The notes under the pieces: generated by a model | Told to the model about the DNA's origin: nothing | What the model saw: only the letters and a program-made list of their open reading frames with translations | Databases searched by the model: none | Program-made: the position numbers and the translations under genes | Shown: positions 17,538-26,493 of the stretch, in pieces | Layout: every line of letters starts with the position of its first letter | Numbering within the stretch: the first letter of the stretch is position 1 | Source of the DNA: Kiritimatiellia bacterium | GTDB taxonomy: Bacteria; Verrucomicrobiota; Kiritimatiellia; RFP12; UBA1067 | Direction of reading: 5' to 3' | Length of the DNA stretch: 64,000 nt | Assembly (NCBI GenBank): GCA_045599105.1 | Contig: JAZRVL010000014.1 | Location: forward strand, 10,807-74,806

Positions 17538-19474
17538 ATGATGTTGCATTTAGTTGCGACGATAATGGCGCGAAATTTCTTCGCGTAGCGGTATATTCAC
17601 TTTTGGCGCATTATCAAGGCAAGGATAGATTGCGCATTAATGTCTTTGAGGGATATGGTGGGCATTCTGAAGATAATAAGCGCTTGTTGGCAGAAGTTGT
17701 AGGGCGCTTTCCGTTTGCAGAAGTTAGGTATCATGACGTTGAAGCTACGCTTAAGCCCTATATTGATTTAATTGCGCAGCGGGATGGATCAAGGTGGAAT
17801 ATTTTTACTTGGACGCCAGTTTTCACGCCTACGATTATTGAGGATGCGACAAAAAATGTCATTCACTTTGACATTGATATGCTATTTAACGCGGACATCT
17901 CGCCACTTTTTGAGTTGGATTTGGGTGATAAACTGATTGCGACGAGCTATGAATATCATAAGTGCACTGGCAAGGTGGAGAGCGCAATTTGGGACAAGGG
18001 GATTTTGCCGGGTTCGATTGAGCGTTATTTCAATACTGGAGTGTTAGTTTTTAATTATGCCAAGTGCCGAGAGGAGCGCACGTGGGAAAAGATTGTTGAA
18101 TGGTATCGTCAGCATTATCAGATTGCAGATCGAATTGAGCAGGATGCATGGAATGCGCTTTATTTCGATCGCAATTTTGCTTTGCCAATCGAGTGGAATT
18201 TTCATGACCGAAACATTAAGGGCTATGCGAAGTGGTCTTTGTCCAATAAGTATTGGCTCGGTAACTCGCCCAAGGATTGTTTGATGGCGTCGCTCAATCC
18301 GAAGATACTTCACTTTTGGGGGCCGAAAAAGCCGTGGAAACCTTCTCATCGCCCATATCGCAAGCTCTATCATGCAGCAATGCGTGCGGTAGGACTTAAG
18401 CCGCCACATGAGCAGTTACTTGCGCCTTGGTACAATTTGGTAAATGCCTTTAACTTGCGTCGCATCCGCCATCGGCTAAAAGTGCGTCGTTCGATTGCAT
18501 GGTCATATAAGTTCAAACGTATCAAGCGTACGCTTCGTGCGCCCTTGGAGTGGCTTGGAATTGCCTTGGGCGTTGCAATCTTTAGTTCGCTTTCTCATCG
18601 TGTGCTATTTAAAGTTTGTGATTTTCTTTCCTATTTGATGTACAAGTGCGATCGTCGTGGAAGGAGAAGGGCTTTAGAGACCTTGAGAATTGTCTTTAAT
18701 CGTTGCAGAGGGCTTGAGGGTAATCAAGTTGAGTTTGATCCAGATGTGGAGCCGTATAATCCAACTCGGGCGGAGGATATAATCATTCGTCGGTCTTATC
18801 GCAACATGGCACGGACGATAGGGCATATCTTTTGGACTTGTCGAAAGGCAAAAGAGCGTGCGCAAGAAGTTGGAGAGATGAGCGAAATGTGTAAAGAGTT
18901 TCTCAAAGCCAATAAGCCCGCAGTCACAGTTTCGGGCCATCTGGGATGTTGGGAGATTCTTTCTCAATTGGCATTTCTTGAAGGTCATACGATGATGTCG
19001 GTGGCCAAGAAAATTGGCAATAGAGGAATGACTAAGTTTTTGATGAAAGCGCGGATGTCAATCGGACAAGAAATTATTCCTGTTGAAGGCGCAATGAAGA
19101 CACTACTTAAAGGCATTGAAAACGGGAAATCCTTGGGGCTACTGGTCGACCAAAGCGTGGAGCCGATACACGGTGGGATTTGGGTGCGCTTTTTTGGTAA
19201 GCCAATTTCCGTCTCAGCGGCGCCTGCGTTTTTTGCTGCCAAGGCGAAAGTTCCTATTGCGGTTGCGTGGTCGCGTCCGCTAAAAAATGGACATTATCGT
19301 TGTGAGTTGGTGGATGTGATCACTCCAAGTGAAGCGCGCGATATTAGGGGTACGACCCAGCGCTGTGCGCATGATTTTGAGCGGATTATTCGGCGACATC
19401 CATCGTGCTGGGTGATGAATTACAATTTTTACAGCAACATACCGACAGAAAAGGATTTAGCCACATTGCCATGA
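17534..19474 (+). CDS. Fusion protein: N-terminal GT8-family glycosyltransferase + C-terminal LpxL/HtrB-like lipid A acyltransferase domain
   Basis: N-terminal GT8-like region with DxD-type FDIDMLF; C-terminal VSGHLGCWE...GLLVDQS...GGIWVRFFGKP resembles LpxL/LpxM motifs. Confidence 0.55.
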   Translation: MNDVAFSCDDNGAKFLRVAVYSLLAHYQGKDRLRINVFEGYGGHSEDNKRLLAEVVGRFPFAEVRYHDVEATLKPYIDLIAQRDGSRWNIFTWTPVFTPTIIEDATKNVIHFDIDMLFNADISPLFELDLGDKLIATSYEYHKCTGKVESAIWDKGILPGSIERYFNTGVLVFNYAKCREERTWEKIVEWYRQHYQIADRIEQDAWNALYFDRNFALPIEWNFHDRNIKGYAKWSLSNKYWLGNSPKDCLMASLNPKILHFWGPKKPWKPSHRPYRKLYHAAMRAVGLKPPHEQLLAPWYNLVNAFNLRRIRHRLKVRRSIAWSYKFKRIKRTLRAPLEWLGIALGVAIFSSLSHRVLFKVCDFLSYLMYKCDRRGRRRALETLRIVFNRCRGLEGNQVEFDPDVEPYNPTRAEDIIIRRSYRNMARTIGHIFWTCRKAKERAQEVGEMSEMCKEFLKANKPAVTVSGHLGCWEILSQLAFLEGHTMMSVAKKIGNRGMTKFLMKARMSIGQEIIPVEGAMKTLLKGIENGKSLGLLVDQSVEPIHGGIWVRFFGKPISVSAAPAFFAAKAKVPIAVAWSRPLKNGHYRCELVDVITPSEARDIRGTTQRCAHDFERIIRRHPSCWVMNYNFYSNIPTEKDLATLP

Positions 19475-21078
19475 AAAAGTTTGTTTCACTGCTTATTGCG
19501 TTTTCGTTTGGTCTGTTTCTCGGCATAATTTTGCCACTTCAAGTCTATCTGGGCAACAGTTCGCTTTACCCGTTTTCTTTGGTGCGCTTATTGGGTGAAA
19601 GTGCAATTCTTGCGCTGGTATTGATGGGCGCGGCTTTTATTGTCTTGTGGGCGGGATCATGGGCGCGTGGATATGTGCATAGTTTTTTTGTGGGCGTATT
19701 GGTATGCGTTTATTTGGAAGTGGCTTTTCTTTCAGCGGGATTGCCTGAGATTAACGGGGGCTTTATCAAGGAACTTGCCTCGACCAGTCGTGGGGTAATT
19801 GACCTTGGAATATGGGCAAGTGTGATCATTCTTTTTGTTGGCTTGACGCGATTTATAAGGCCCTATCTGCATTTCATTGCGCTTGCGATTTTGCTCATGG
19901 GCTTTGCCTCACTTGCCGATGTTCATCAAGACGAGGATGTATCGACGGATGTTGCTATGAGCAATTCTTCCAGTTTGAGCTCTGGCTTTGAGTGGCAAAA
20001 TGATGTCATTCGCAATGTGCGTTTCTCCTCCAAGCGCAATGTGCTTATGTTTATTCTTGATTCGTTGCCTGCCAATATGGCTGAAAGCGCATTAGACGAG
20101 GATCTCGCTTTGAAGGCAAAGTTCACCGGATTTACTGCTTATTCCAATAATGTTTGTATGCATGATTGTACTAAACGGGGTTTGCCTGGAATTATGACTG
20201 GCAAATACTTTGAGCCAGGCGAGACTTCCTCGGCTGAATATCCAATGTCAATGTATGGGGAGGATTCAATCTTAGTGCCGTATGTGAAGCATGGTGCAGC
20301 GGTGAGCTTTTCACCAGACTTGATGCCGTACGGCTATACCAATTCCAAGGTAACGGAGCGTCAAGTAGTAGCAGGAGAGCAAAAACGTGGTTGGACGGCG
20401 CTCTTAAAGCGCTCCTTGGAAGTGCCGTATTTAAGTGTATTGGATGTGGTTGTCTTTAAGTTTGTGCCATTCATCGCCAAGGCGCCGTTTTTGTATTCCA
20501 AAATCCGTCATGATCCCATGTTTGAGATGGCGGAATCGGTCTTTTGGCATGAGCATGTTATGTATCCCATTCTTGCGTCTTCGCCAGTCGATGATGCCGC
20601 GCCGCTTTCGTTAGGGGTGTTTCATGGTTGGGGAGCGCATCCACCGCTTAAGTTTGACTTGGAGGGCAATCGTATTGATGGCGATGCGATGGGAGTGGTG
20701 CCGTCAATCAAGCTTGAAATTCGCAATGCACTAATTCATTTATCACGATTGATTGATGCGCTTAAAGCGCGTGGACTTTATGATCAATCAATGATTATCG
20801 TAACTGCGGATCATGGGCTTGATTTCGCCCCATGTGCGGACAATGCACCACCGTCCAAGTCGGCAGTGTTGTGGGTGAAGCCAGAAAAAGCTGTTGGCGC
20901 ATTTAGCCCCAATCCACTCAAGACTTCGCATGTAAAGATAGCTCCGCTGGTTAGGGCGGCCATCAATCACCCGCTTACAATAGACGAGATTAATAAAATC
21001 CTCTATACCGAGCATCGCCTTTACCGCAATCAGGATAAGTCTACAGGCACTGGTTATCGCGATTGGTGGATTGACTAA
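19471..21078 (+). CDS. Membrane-anchored sulfatase/alkaline-phosphatase-superfamily protein (phosphoethanolamine-transferase/LtaS-like)
   Basis: N-terminal 4-5 TM helices, then LMFILDSLPA...IIVTADHGLDF sulfatase-type motifs; start overlaps the upstream stop (ATGA). Confidence 0.55.
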   Translation: MKKFVSLLIAFSFGLFLGIILPLQVYLGNSSLYPFSLVRLLGESAILALVLMGAAFIVLWAGSWARGYVHSFFVGVLVCVYLEVAFLSAGLPEINGGFIKELASTSRGVIDLGIWASVIILFVGLTRFIRPYLHFIALAILLMGFASLADVHQDEDVSTDVAMSNSSSLSSGFEWQNDVIRNVRFSSKRNVLMFILDSLPANMAESALDEDLALKAKFTGFTAYSNNVCMHDCTKRGLPGIMTGKYFEPGETSSAEYPMSMYGEDSILVPYVKHGAAVSFSPDLMPYGYTNSKVTERQVVAGEQKRGWTALLKRSLEVPYLSVLDVVVFKFVPFIAKAPFLYSKIRHDPMFEMAESVFWHEHVMYPILASSPVDDAAPLSLGVFHGWGAHPPLKFDLEGNRIDGDAMGVVPSIKLEIRNALIHLSRLIDALKARGLYDQSMIIVTADHGLDFAPCADNAPPSKSAVLWVKPEKAVGAFSPNPLKTSHVKIAPLVRAAINHPLTIDEINKILYTEHRLYRNQDKSTGTGYRDWWID

Positions 21079-21137
21079 GCCAAAAGGAAGGTCAAGTCCC
21101 CGCTTGCGAAGAAGTGTGCCAAGGGTGTAGAGTAAAC

Positions 21138-21290
21138 GTTATATAACGGTTGTGTGCGCGTTATATAACAGATGGTTGAGTATTATATAACGGTTGGTTT
21201 TGCGTTATATTACGGTTTGTCGGACGGTATATGACGCATTGACAAATGCTATATAATGCAATAGAATCTTTCATATAACAGTTTAGCCGA
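21138..21290. repeat. Tandem array of 7 degenerate ~22-bp direct repeats, each starting with a 10-bp palindrome (consensus GTTATATAAC)
   Basis: Copies start at 21138, 21160, 21183, 21204, 21226, 21248 and 21269; spacing 21-23 bp; unit consensus GTTATATAACGGTTGGTTnnGC, decaying toward the 3' end. Confidence 0.75.
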
Positions 21291-21681
21291 TACCAGGAGG
21301 GGTAATGATCTACGCAAGCACGATTGGATATTCCACGACGCTGCGAAATCGCGACAAATGGCAAGTTTGTGAGGGTTCATCCCGAGGCGCCCGACTGTTT
21401 TGGCGGGGACACACTCCAAAAAGTCAATAAAATCAGGCCTTTGGCGAAAATAGTAGATGGAAGGGGAATTTTGAGACAAGGAGAGGTAGGACAAGGGATG
21501 TTCGGGGACACGCCCGCGAGAGGTGTGATTTTATTGGAGAGGACGAGAGATGGATGCTGAAAAGGGTGGTGCAGATCGGGGAAGGGAAGATATTTGGAGG
21601 GTACGGGCGTGAGAGGTGTTGCCTTTTAGTGGTTAGGTGTGGTAGAATTGAAGCAATTGAAGTCAATATTAAGGAAGCACA

Positions 21682-22584
21682 ATGTTGAAGTTATTCTTCT
21701 TTAGTATGCCATATTTGTTACTTGCGAGTTTGATTGGTCTTACTTGGCGAGCATGGCGAACGCGGCGCAAGGGATGGGTTATTTTTGCGGTAATAGGATG
21801 GAGTGTGACGATATTCGGCGTTTACAATTGCCTTAAGCCGCCAACGGTGAACGAAATCGAAATCAGTTACGCGAAGTTGCCAAGCGAATTGGACGGATAT
21901 AGAATCGTGCAGTTGTCGGATATTCACGTCAATAATCTGGCACGGAAATGGCGAACCGAAGCGATTGTCGAGAAGGTGTGCGCCCTCAAGCCCGATTTGA
22001 TTTGCGTAACTGGAGATATAGTGGATGGTAAGGCGGATGAACGAAAAGCTTCTGTCGAGCCATTGCGTAATTTGCGGGCTAAGGATGGAGTTTATTATGT
22101 GACGGGGAATCACGAGTTTTATGGCGAGAGAGCGAAGTGGCAAAAATTATATAAAGAATGGGGAATGAGATTTTTGGCGAATGAATGTGTATTTCCGCGT
22201 CCATCATTGGCATTGGGCGGGGTAAATGACGCCGTGGCATGTAGGTGCAAAGAGCAAATGCCTCGCCTCGACGATACATTTTCGAAGGCAACAAACAATG
22301 AATTCCGCATATTGCTTGAACATCGCCCAACTTGCGCACGTACAAACATCAAAATGCATCACGTAGATCTTCAATTGTCTGGACATACGCATGGCGGAAT
22401 GTTGCCGGTTTTTGAGTTGTTGGTTGCGAAGATGAATAATGGATTTGTGAAGGGTCTTTATCAAATAGAAGACGGGTACTTGTATGTTTCTCATGGGTGT
22501 GGACAGTGGAGTGGATTTCCGATTAGGTTGTTTAATTCAAGCGAGATTACGGTTGTTAAGCTGTGTGTGGAAAAATGTCGATAA
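21682..22584 (+). CDS. Membrane-anchored calcineurin-like metallophosphoesterase (YkuE-like)
   Basis: 2 N-terminal TM helices; SDIHV, GDIVDG, GNHE, GHTHGG phosphoesterase motifs. Confidence 0.75.
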   Translation: MLKLFFFSMPYLLLASLIGLTWRAWRTRRKGWVIFAVIGWSVTIFGVYNCLKPPTVNEIEISYAKLPSELDGYRIVQLSDIHVNNLARKWRTEAIVEKVCALKPDLICVTGDIVDGKADERKASVEPLRNLRAKDGVYYVTGNHEFYGERAKWQKLYKEWGMRFLANECVFPRPSLALGGVNDAVACRCKEQMPRLDDTFSKATNNEFRILLEHRPTCARTNIKMHHVDLQLSGHTHGGMLPVFELLVAKMNNGFVKGLYQIEDGYLYVSHGCGQWSGFPIRLFNSSEITVVKLCVEKCR

Positions 22585-22764
22585 CTTGGTAGTGCGAGAC
22601 AAGTTTTGGTGTAATACACGCCGTTAAAGGCATCAAGAAGTTTGCGCGGAAGAGGACGGCAGCGCCCTTACCTTCACCATCGCCCCGATAGAAGGTGAAC
22701 AAGCGTTTATAATGGTTCGGCTATAAGGCGCGTATTCGAGCGTCGCTTTCGAGTTGGAAGGAGG

Positions 22765-22802
22765 TTGACGCATTGCGACAAAAAATGATATATTGTCGCA
22801 AT
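22765..22802 (+). promoter_or_regulatory. Promoter (-35 TTGACG, extended -10 TGaTATATT) embedded in a perfect 9-bp inverted repeat ATTGCGACA-N13-TGTCGCAAT
   Basis: Inverted-repeat arms at 22772-22780 and 22794-22802; the second arm ends at the ATG (22803) of the FadL-like gene. Confidence 0.5.
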
Positions 22803-24032
22803 ATGAAAAACCTAATTATTTTAGCTTTAAGTGTAGTTGCATTAAGAGTGGGTGCAAGTGGCTTTGGCCTTTATGAAGCTTCTGCGCCCAGTTACGCCCT
22901 GGGCGGCGCAGTAGTTGGTCGGGCGATTGATGCTTCGGCGAACTTCTTTAACCCTGCGACATTAACTGATTTACATTCGCCCACTTTGACATTGGGCTTT
23001 ATGACCGAGCATCCGCGAGGCCGAATGAAGAGTGACTTTCCAGGCGGACACACATCCACGATGGATCCTGGGGTATTTGTTTTGCCACACTTCCATTTTG
23101 CCACTCCGCTTTTTGAGAACTTTGCTTTTGGCTTTGGGGTGATGCCGGAATATGGACTGGGGTCAAAGTATGACAACAATTGGGATTTATCTTTTAACTC
23201 AATTGAAACTACGGTTACTTCAATCACGCTCAACCCTAACTTAGCGTGGAAGATTGGCGATTTTTCAGTCGGTGCGGGTTTAAGGTTTCTCTTTTTTGAT
23301 TTTGAGCAATACTCACATCCCATTGTCCATCCAGCTGGGTATCGCTTTCATAATCGGCTTAAGGGCGATAACAGCATGAAGGATTTTGGTTATCAAGTTG
23401 GATTTAAGTATGATGTATTGGATAATTTCGCTTTTGGTATAGTTTACAAATCAAGGACGCGGGTTCAGGTCGAAGGGAAAACGTGTAATGATACGGAAGT
23501 GAGCGCTTTACAATCAGCCGCGCTTGCCAGCAGTGGTCATGGAGCGCATACGACGATTGATTTACCGCAATCAATTACAGCGGGTTTTAATTGGGATATT
23601 ACGGATAAGTGGCATTTGGGTGGATCGATTGCTTGGACTGAATGGTCATCGATTGGAGAGCTTACATTCCATTTGCCTGGCAATACGCGCAAGCCCATTC
23701 GTTTGGAATGGGAGGATACTTGGCGATTTAGCATTGCGCCATCGTGGGATTTTGCGGAGGATTGGACGGTGTTGGGGTCGTATGTTTTTGAAACCGATTG
23801 TTGTGGAGAGCAAGATTCAACTATGCTTCCACCTTCAGAAAGACACATGTTTTCGCTGGGACTTTTGTGGAAGGTAAGCGAAAACTTAGACTTATCTCTT
23901 ACTTATGGGATGATTCTGATGGATGGGAAGGAGAGTGCGTGCACCGAAACTGCCAGCAAAACCACTTATCATTATTCAGCGCATCGTGCGCTATCGCATG
24001 CAGCTGGCTTTACGATGACCTACCGCTTTTAG
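22803..24032 (+). CDS. FadL/TodX/OmpP1-family outer-membrane hydrophobic-compound transporter
   Basis: Signal peptide MKNLIILALSVVALRVGASG; N-terminal hatch motif GFGLYEASAPSYALGGAVVGRA..NPA; C-terminal YRF; start taken at ATG 22803 (the ORF tool began at TTG 22773). Confidence 0.7.
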   Translation: MKNLIILALSVVALRVGASGFGLYEASAPSYALGGAVVGRAIDASANFFNPATLTDLHSPTLTLGFMTEHPRGRMKSDFPGGHTSTMDPGVFVLPHFHFATPLFENFAFGFGVMPEYGLGSKYDNNWDLSFNSIETTVTSITLNPNLAWKIGDFSVGAGLRFLFFDFEQYSHPIVHPAGYRFHNRLKGDNSMKDFGYQVGFKYDVLDNFAFGIVYKSRTRVQVEGKTCNDTEVSALQSAALASSGHGAHTTIDLPQSITAGFNWDITDKWHLGGSIAWTEWSSIGELTFHLPGNTRKPIRLEWEDTWRFSIAPSWDFAEDWTVLGSYVFETDCCGEQDSTMLPPSERHMFSLGLLWKVSENLDLSLTYGMILMDGKESACTETASKTTYHYSAHRALSHAAGFTMTYRF

Positions 24033-24057
24033 TCCAAATATGATATAATTCAAGGCA

Positions 24058-25269
24058 ATGAATTGGAAAAAGTCATTGCCTTTGTTAGGGGTTGGGCTCC
24101 TTGGTTTCACATCGTTTGGCTCTGGATTTGCTCTTTATGAGCCGTCTGCAGCTGCTCATGCTTTGGGTGGCGCTACTGTTGGTAAGGCGGTAGATGCGTC
24201 TGCAAACTTTATTAACCCTGCGACCTTGGACGATCTTACCAATATTACGATAACTGTTGGCTTTGTTACCGAGCATCCGCGGTGCAAGGTGCAAGTGGAC
24301 GGTGGCAAGGATGAGCGAGTTGATGCGGGGCTATTTTGGCTTCCGCACTTTATGATTTCCGTGCCGCTCCCTTATGGCTTTACCTTTGGATTGGGTGGAG
24401 ATGCGGAATATGGACTTGGAACCAAGTACGATCATGGTTGGAGCATGGAGTGGAGTACGCACGATACAACCGTCCAAGGATATGTGCTTACGCCCAACCT
24501 TTCGTATGCGATTACCGATGACTGGTCGGTGGGCGTGGGCCTTCGGTGGCTTTACTTTGATTTTGAGCAGTATTCATCACCAATGCAGGGTTTGCCGATG
24601 CCATCGACCGAGAATAGGTTAAAAGGCGATAATGGCTTTAAGGATTTTGGTTGGCAGATTGGTACACGTTATAAAATATTGGATAACCTTTCGGTCGGTT
24701 TGGTGTATAAGTCGCAAATTGATACAAAAATCAATGGGAAATGCACTTTTGATCCAGATTATATTGGCGGAAGTGGTGATGCGCACGCCAAGCTGAAATT
24801 GCCCCAATCAATTACGGGCGGTGTAAACTGGGATATTACGGATAAGTGGCATTTGGGCGCGGCGGTTTCATGGACGGAATGGTCCACCATTGACACATTG
24901 ACGTTTAATTTACCTACTGGGCAAAAGCCAGTGGGGTTGCATTGGCACGATACTTGGCGATTTGCGCTTGGCGGAGCGTGGGACTTTGTCGATGATTGGA
25001 CGTTCATGCTCTCCTATATCTACGATATGGACTGTACCGACGAGCATCAGACCTCGGCAATGCTTCCTCCGGCCGATCGTCATATCTTGGGCGGTGGCTT
25101 TAGGTGGCGCGCGACGGATAATTTGGAGTTTACCTTGAGCTATACTTGTATCTTTATGGCGGGTGGCGATATGTATACGGTGCGGAAAGAAACTGGAGCG
25201 CTTTATCACCTCCACTCGCATGATGGTTTTTGCCATGCCGGCGGATTTTCAGTAACCTATAAATTCTAA
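24058..25269 (+). CDS. FadL/TodX-family outer-membrane transporter, tandem paralog
   Basis: Same architecture and hatch motif (GFALYEPSAAAHALGGATVGKA) as the upstream gene; ends YKF. Confidence 0.7.
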   Translation: MNWKKSLPLLGVGLLGFTSFGSGFALYEPSAAAHALGGATVGKAVDASANFINPATLDDLTNITITVGFVTEHPRCKVQVDGGKDERVDAGLFWLPHFMISVPLPYGFTFGLGGDAEYGLGTKYDHGWSMEWSTHDTTVQGYVLTPNLSYAITDDWSVGVGLRWLYFDFEQYSSPMQGLPMPSTENRLKGDNGFKDFGWQIGTRYKILDNLSVGLVYKSQIDTKINGKCTFDPDYIGGSGDAHAKLKLPQSITGGVNWDITDKWHLGAAVSWTEWSTIDTLTFNLPTGQKPVGLHWHDTWRFALGGAWDFVDDWTFMLSYIYDMDCTDEHQTSAMLPPADRHILGGGFRWRATDNLEFTLSYTCIFMAGGDMYTVRKETGALYHLHSHDGFCHAGGFSVTYKF

Positions 25270-25275
25270 ACAAAA

Positions 25276-26175
25276 ATGAAATACGATAAGAATCACGCAC
25301 TCCTTGAGTGCTCAATTCCTGGACTTGCGCAGAAAAGCGGTAAAGTCCGTGATGTTTTTGACCTTGGAGACAAACTCCTTATGGTTGTTACCGATCGCAT
25401 TAGTGCGTTTGATGTAATTCTTCCTTGTGGAGTGCCAGACAAGGGCAAGGTATTGAACCAACTCTCGCTTTTTTGGTTGGAGTTTTTTGGTGTTAAGAAC
25501 CATCTCATCACTGCCAATGTGGACGAGTACCCGGCCGAGCTTCAACCTTATAAAGAGGATTTGCGCGGTCGCTCAATGTTAGTTAAGAAAGTGAAGATGG
25601 TGGAGGTCGAGTGCATCGCCCGTGGTTATCTTACGGGTAGCGGGTGGAAGGAGTATCAGAAGTCTCAGACGGTGAATGGCGAAAAGCTACGCGCTGGCTA
25701 TGAGAATGCATCTAAGCTTGACGAAGTTCTTTTTACGCCTACTACCAAGGCGGCAATCGGCGATCACGACGAGGCAATTAATTATGAAGCGACGGTAAAG
25801 CTTGTCGGAGAAAAGACGGCCAAGTTATTGCGGGATGCGACTATCACGCTTTATTCTAAGGCGGCGGATTATGCCGCTAAGCATGGAATCATTATTGCGG
25901 ATACCAAGTTTGAATTTGGTTTAGATGTAGATGGGTCGCTTATTTTGGCGGATGAAGTATTGACGCCCGATTCCAGCCGCTTCTGGCCCGAGGCGAGTTA
26001 TAAGGTGGGCGCCAATCCTCCTTCATTGGACAAACAGTATGTTCGTGACTGGCTTGACTCGATTAATTTCAATCACCAGCCGCCGGGGCCGGTATTGCCA
26101 GATGAGGTCATCGCTAAGACGCGTGAAATTTATCTTGAAGCGTACGAGAATCTCTCGGGAAAGAAGTTGGGGTAA
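25276..26175 (+). CDS. purC: Phosphoribosylaminoimidazole-succinocarboxamide (SAICAR) synthase
   Basis: GKVRDVFD...LLMVVTDRISAFDV... SAICAR synthetase motifs; 299 aa. Confidence 0.85.
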   Translation: MKYDKNHALLECSIPGLAQKSGKVRDVFDLGDKLLMVVTDRISAFDVILPCGVPDKGKVLNQLSLFWLEFFGVKNHLITANVDEYPAELQPYKEDLRGRSMLVKKVKMVEVECIARGYLTGSGWKEYQKSQTVNGEKLRAGYENASKLDEVLFTPTTKAAIGDHDEAINYEATVKLVGEKTAKLLRDATITLYSKAADYAAKHGIIIADTKFEFGLDVDGSLILADEVLTPDSSRFWPEASYKVGANPPSLDKQYVRDWLDSINFNHQPPGPVLPDEVIAKTREIYLEAYENLSGKKLG

Positions 26176-26178
26176 GTT

Positions 26179-26493
26179 ATGGGAATCATGGATCAACTCA
26201 AAGACGCAATGGCGATGCGGGGCGAAGCGAAACGCATTGAAGCTGAGGTCAAGAAAATCACGGTTGAATACGCCAATGGCGGGATTAGTGTAGTTGCCAA
26301 AGGTGATATGACAATTGAAAAGATTGCGGTTGCGCCAGAGGCGTACGATGAAGTGAAAGCTGGCAAGCCCTCTCGTTTTGAAACGATGCTCTTGAATGTT
26401 GTTAATGGCGCGTTAAAGAAAGCGCGTACTGCCACTCAAGAGATGATGATGCAAAAGATGCAGGGCGGTGCGGGAAGTCTCTTCGGCAAGTGA
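26179..26493 (+). CDS. ybaB: YbaB/EbfC-family nucleoid-associated protein
   Basis: 104 aa; size, charge pattern and position immediately upstream of recR (the conserved ybaB-recR pair). Confidence 0.65.
   Translation: MGIMDQLKDAMAMRGEAKRIEAEVKKITVEYANGGISVVAKGDMTIEKIAVAPEAYDEVKAGKPSRFETMLLNVVNGALKKARTATQEMMMQKMQGGAGSLFGK

Noticed and set aside
19405-19470. Longer start for the sulfatase-family gene (ORF tool start 19405)
   Set aside because: It would overlap the upstream gene by 70 nt. ATG 19471 gives the classic ATGA stop/start coupling and an N-terminus that begins with a TM helix
21138-21290. Possible CRISPR array
   Set aside because: The repeats are directly tandem with no unique spacers between units. 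The units decay progressively. No cas genes are nearby
21138-21290. Chromosomal origin (oriC) with DnaA boxes
   Set aside because: The palindromes do not resemble TTATCCACA. dnaA/dnaN are not in the window. The array could still be an AT-rich unwinding or iteron element, but I cannot support oriC
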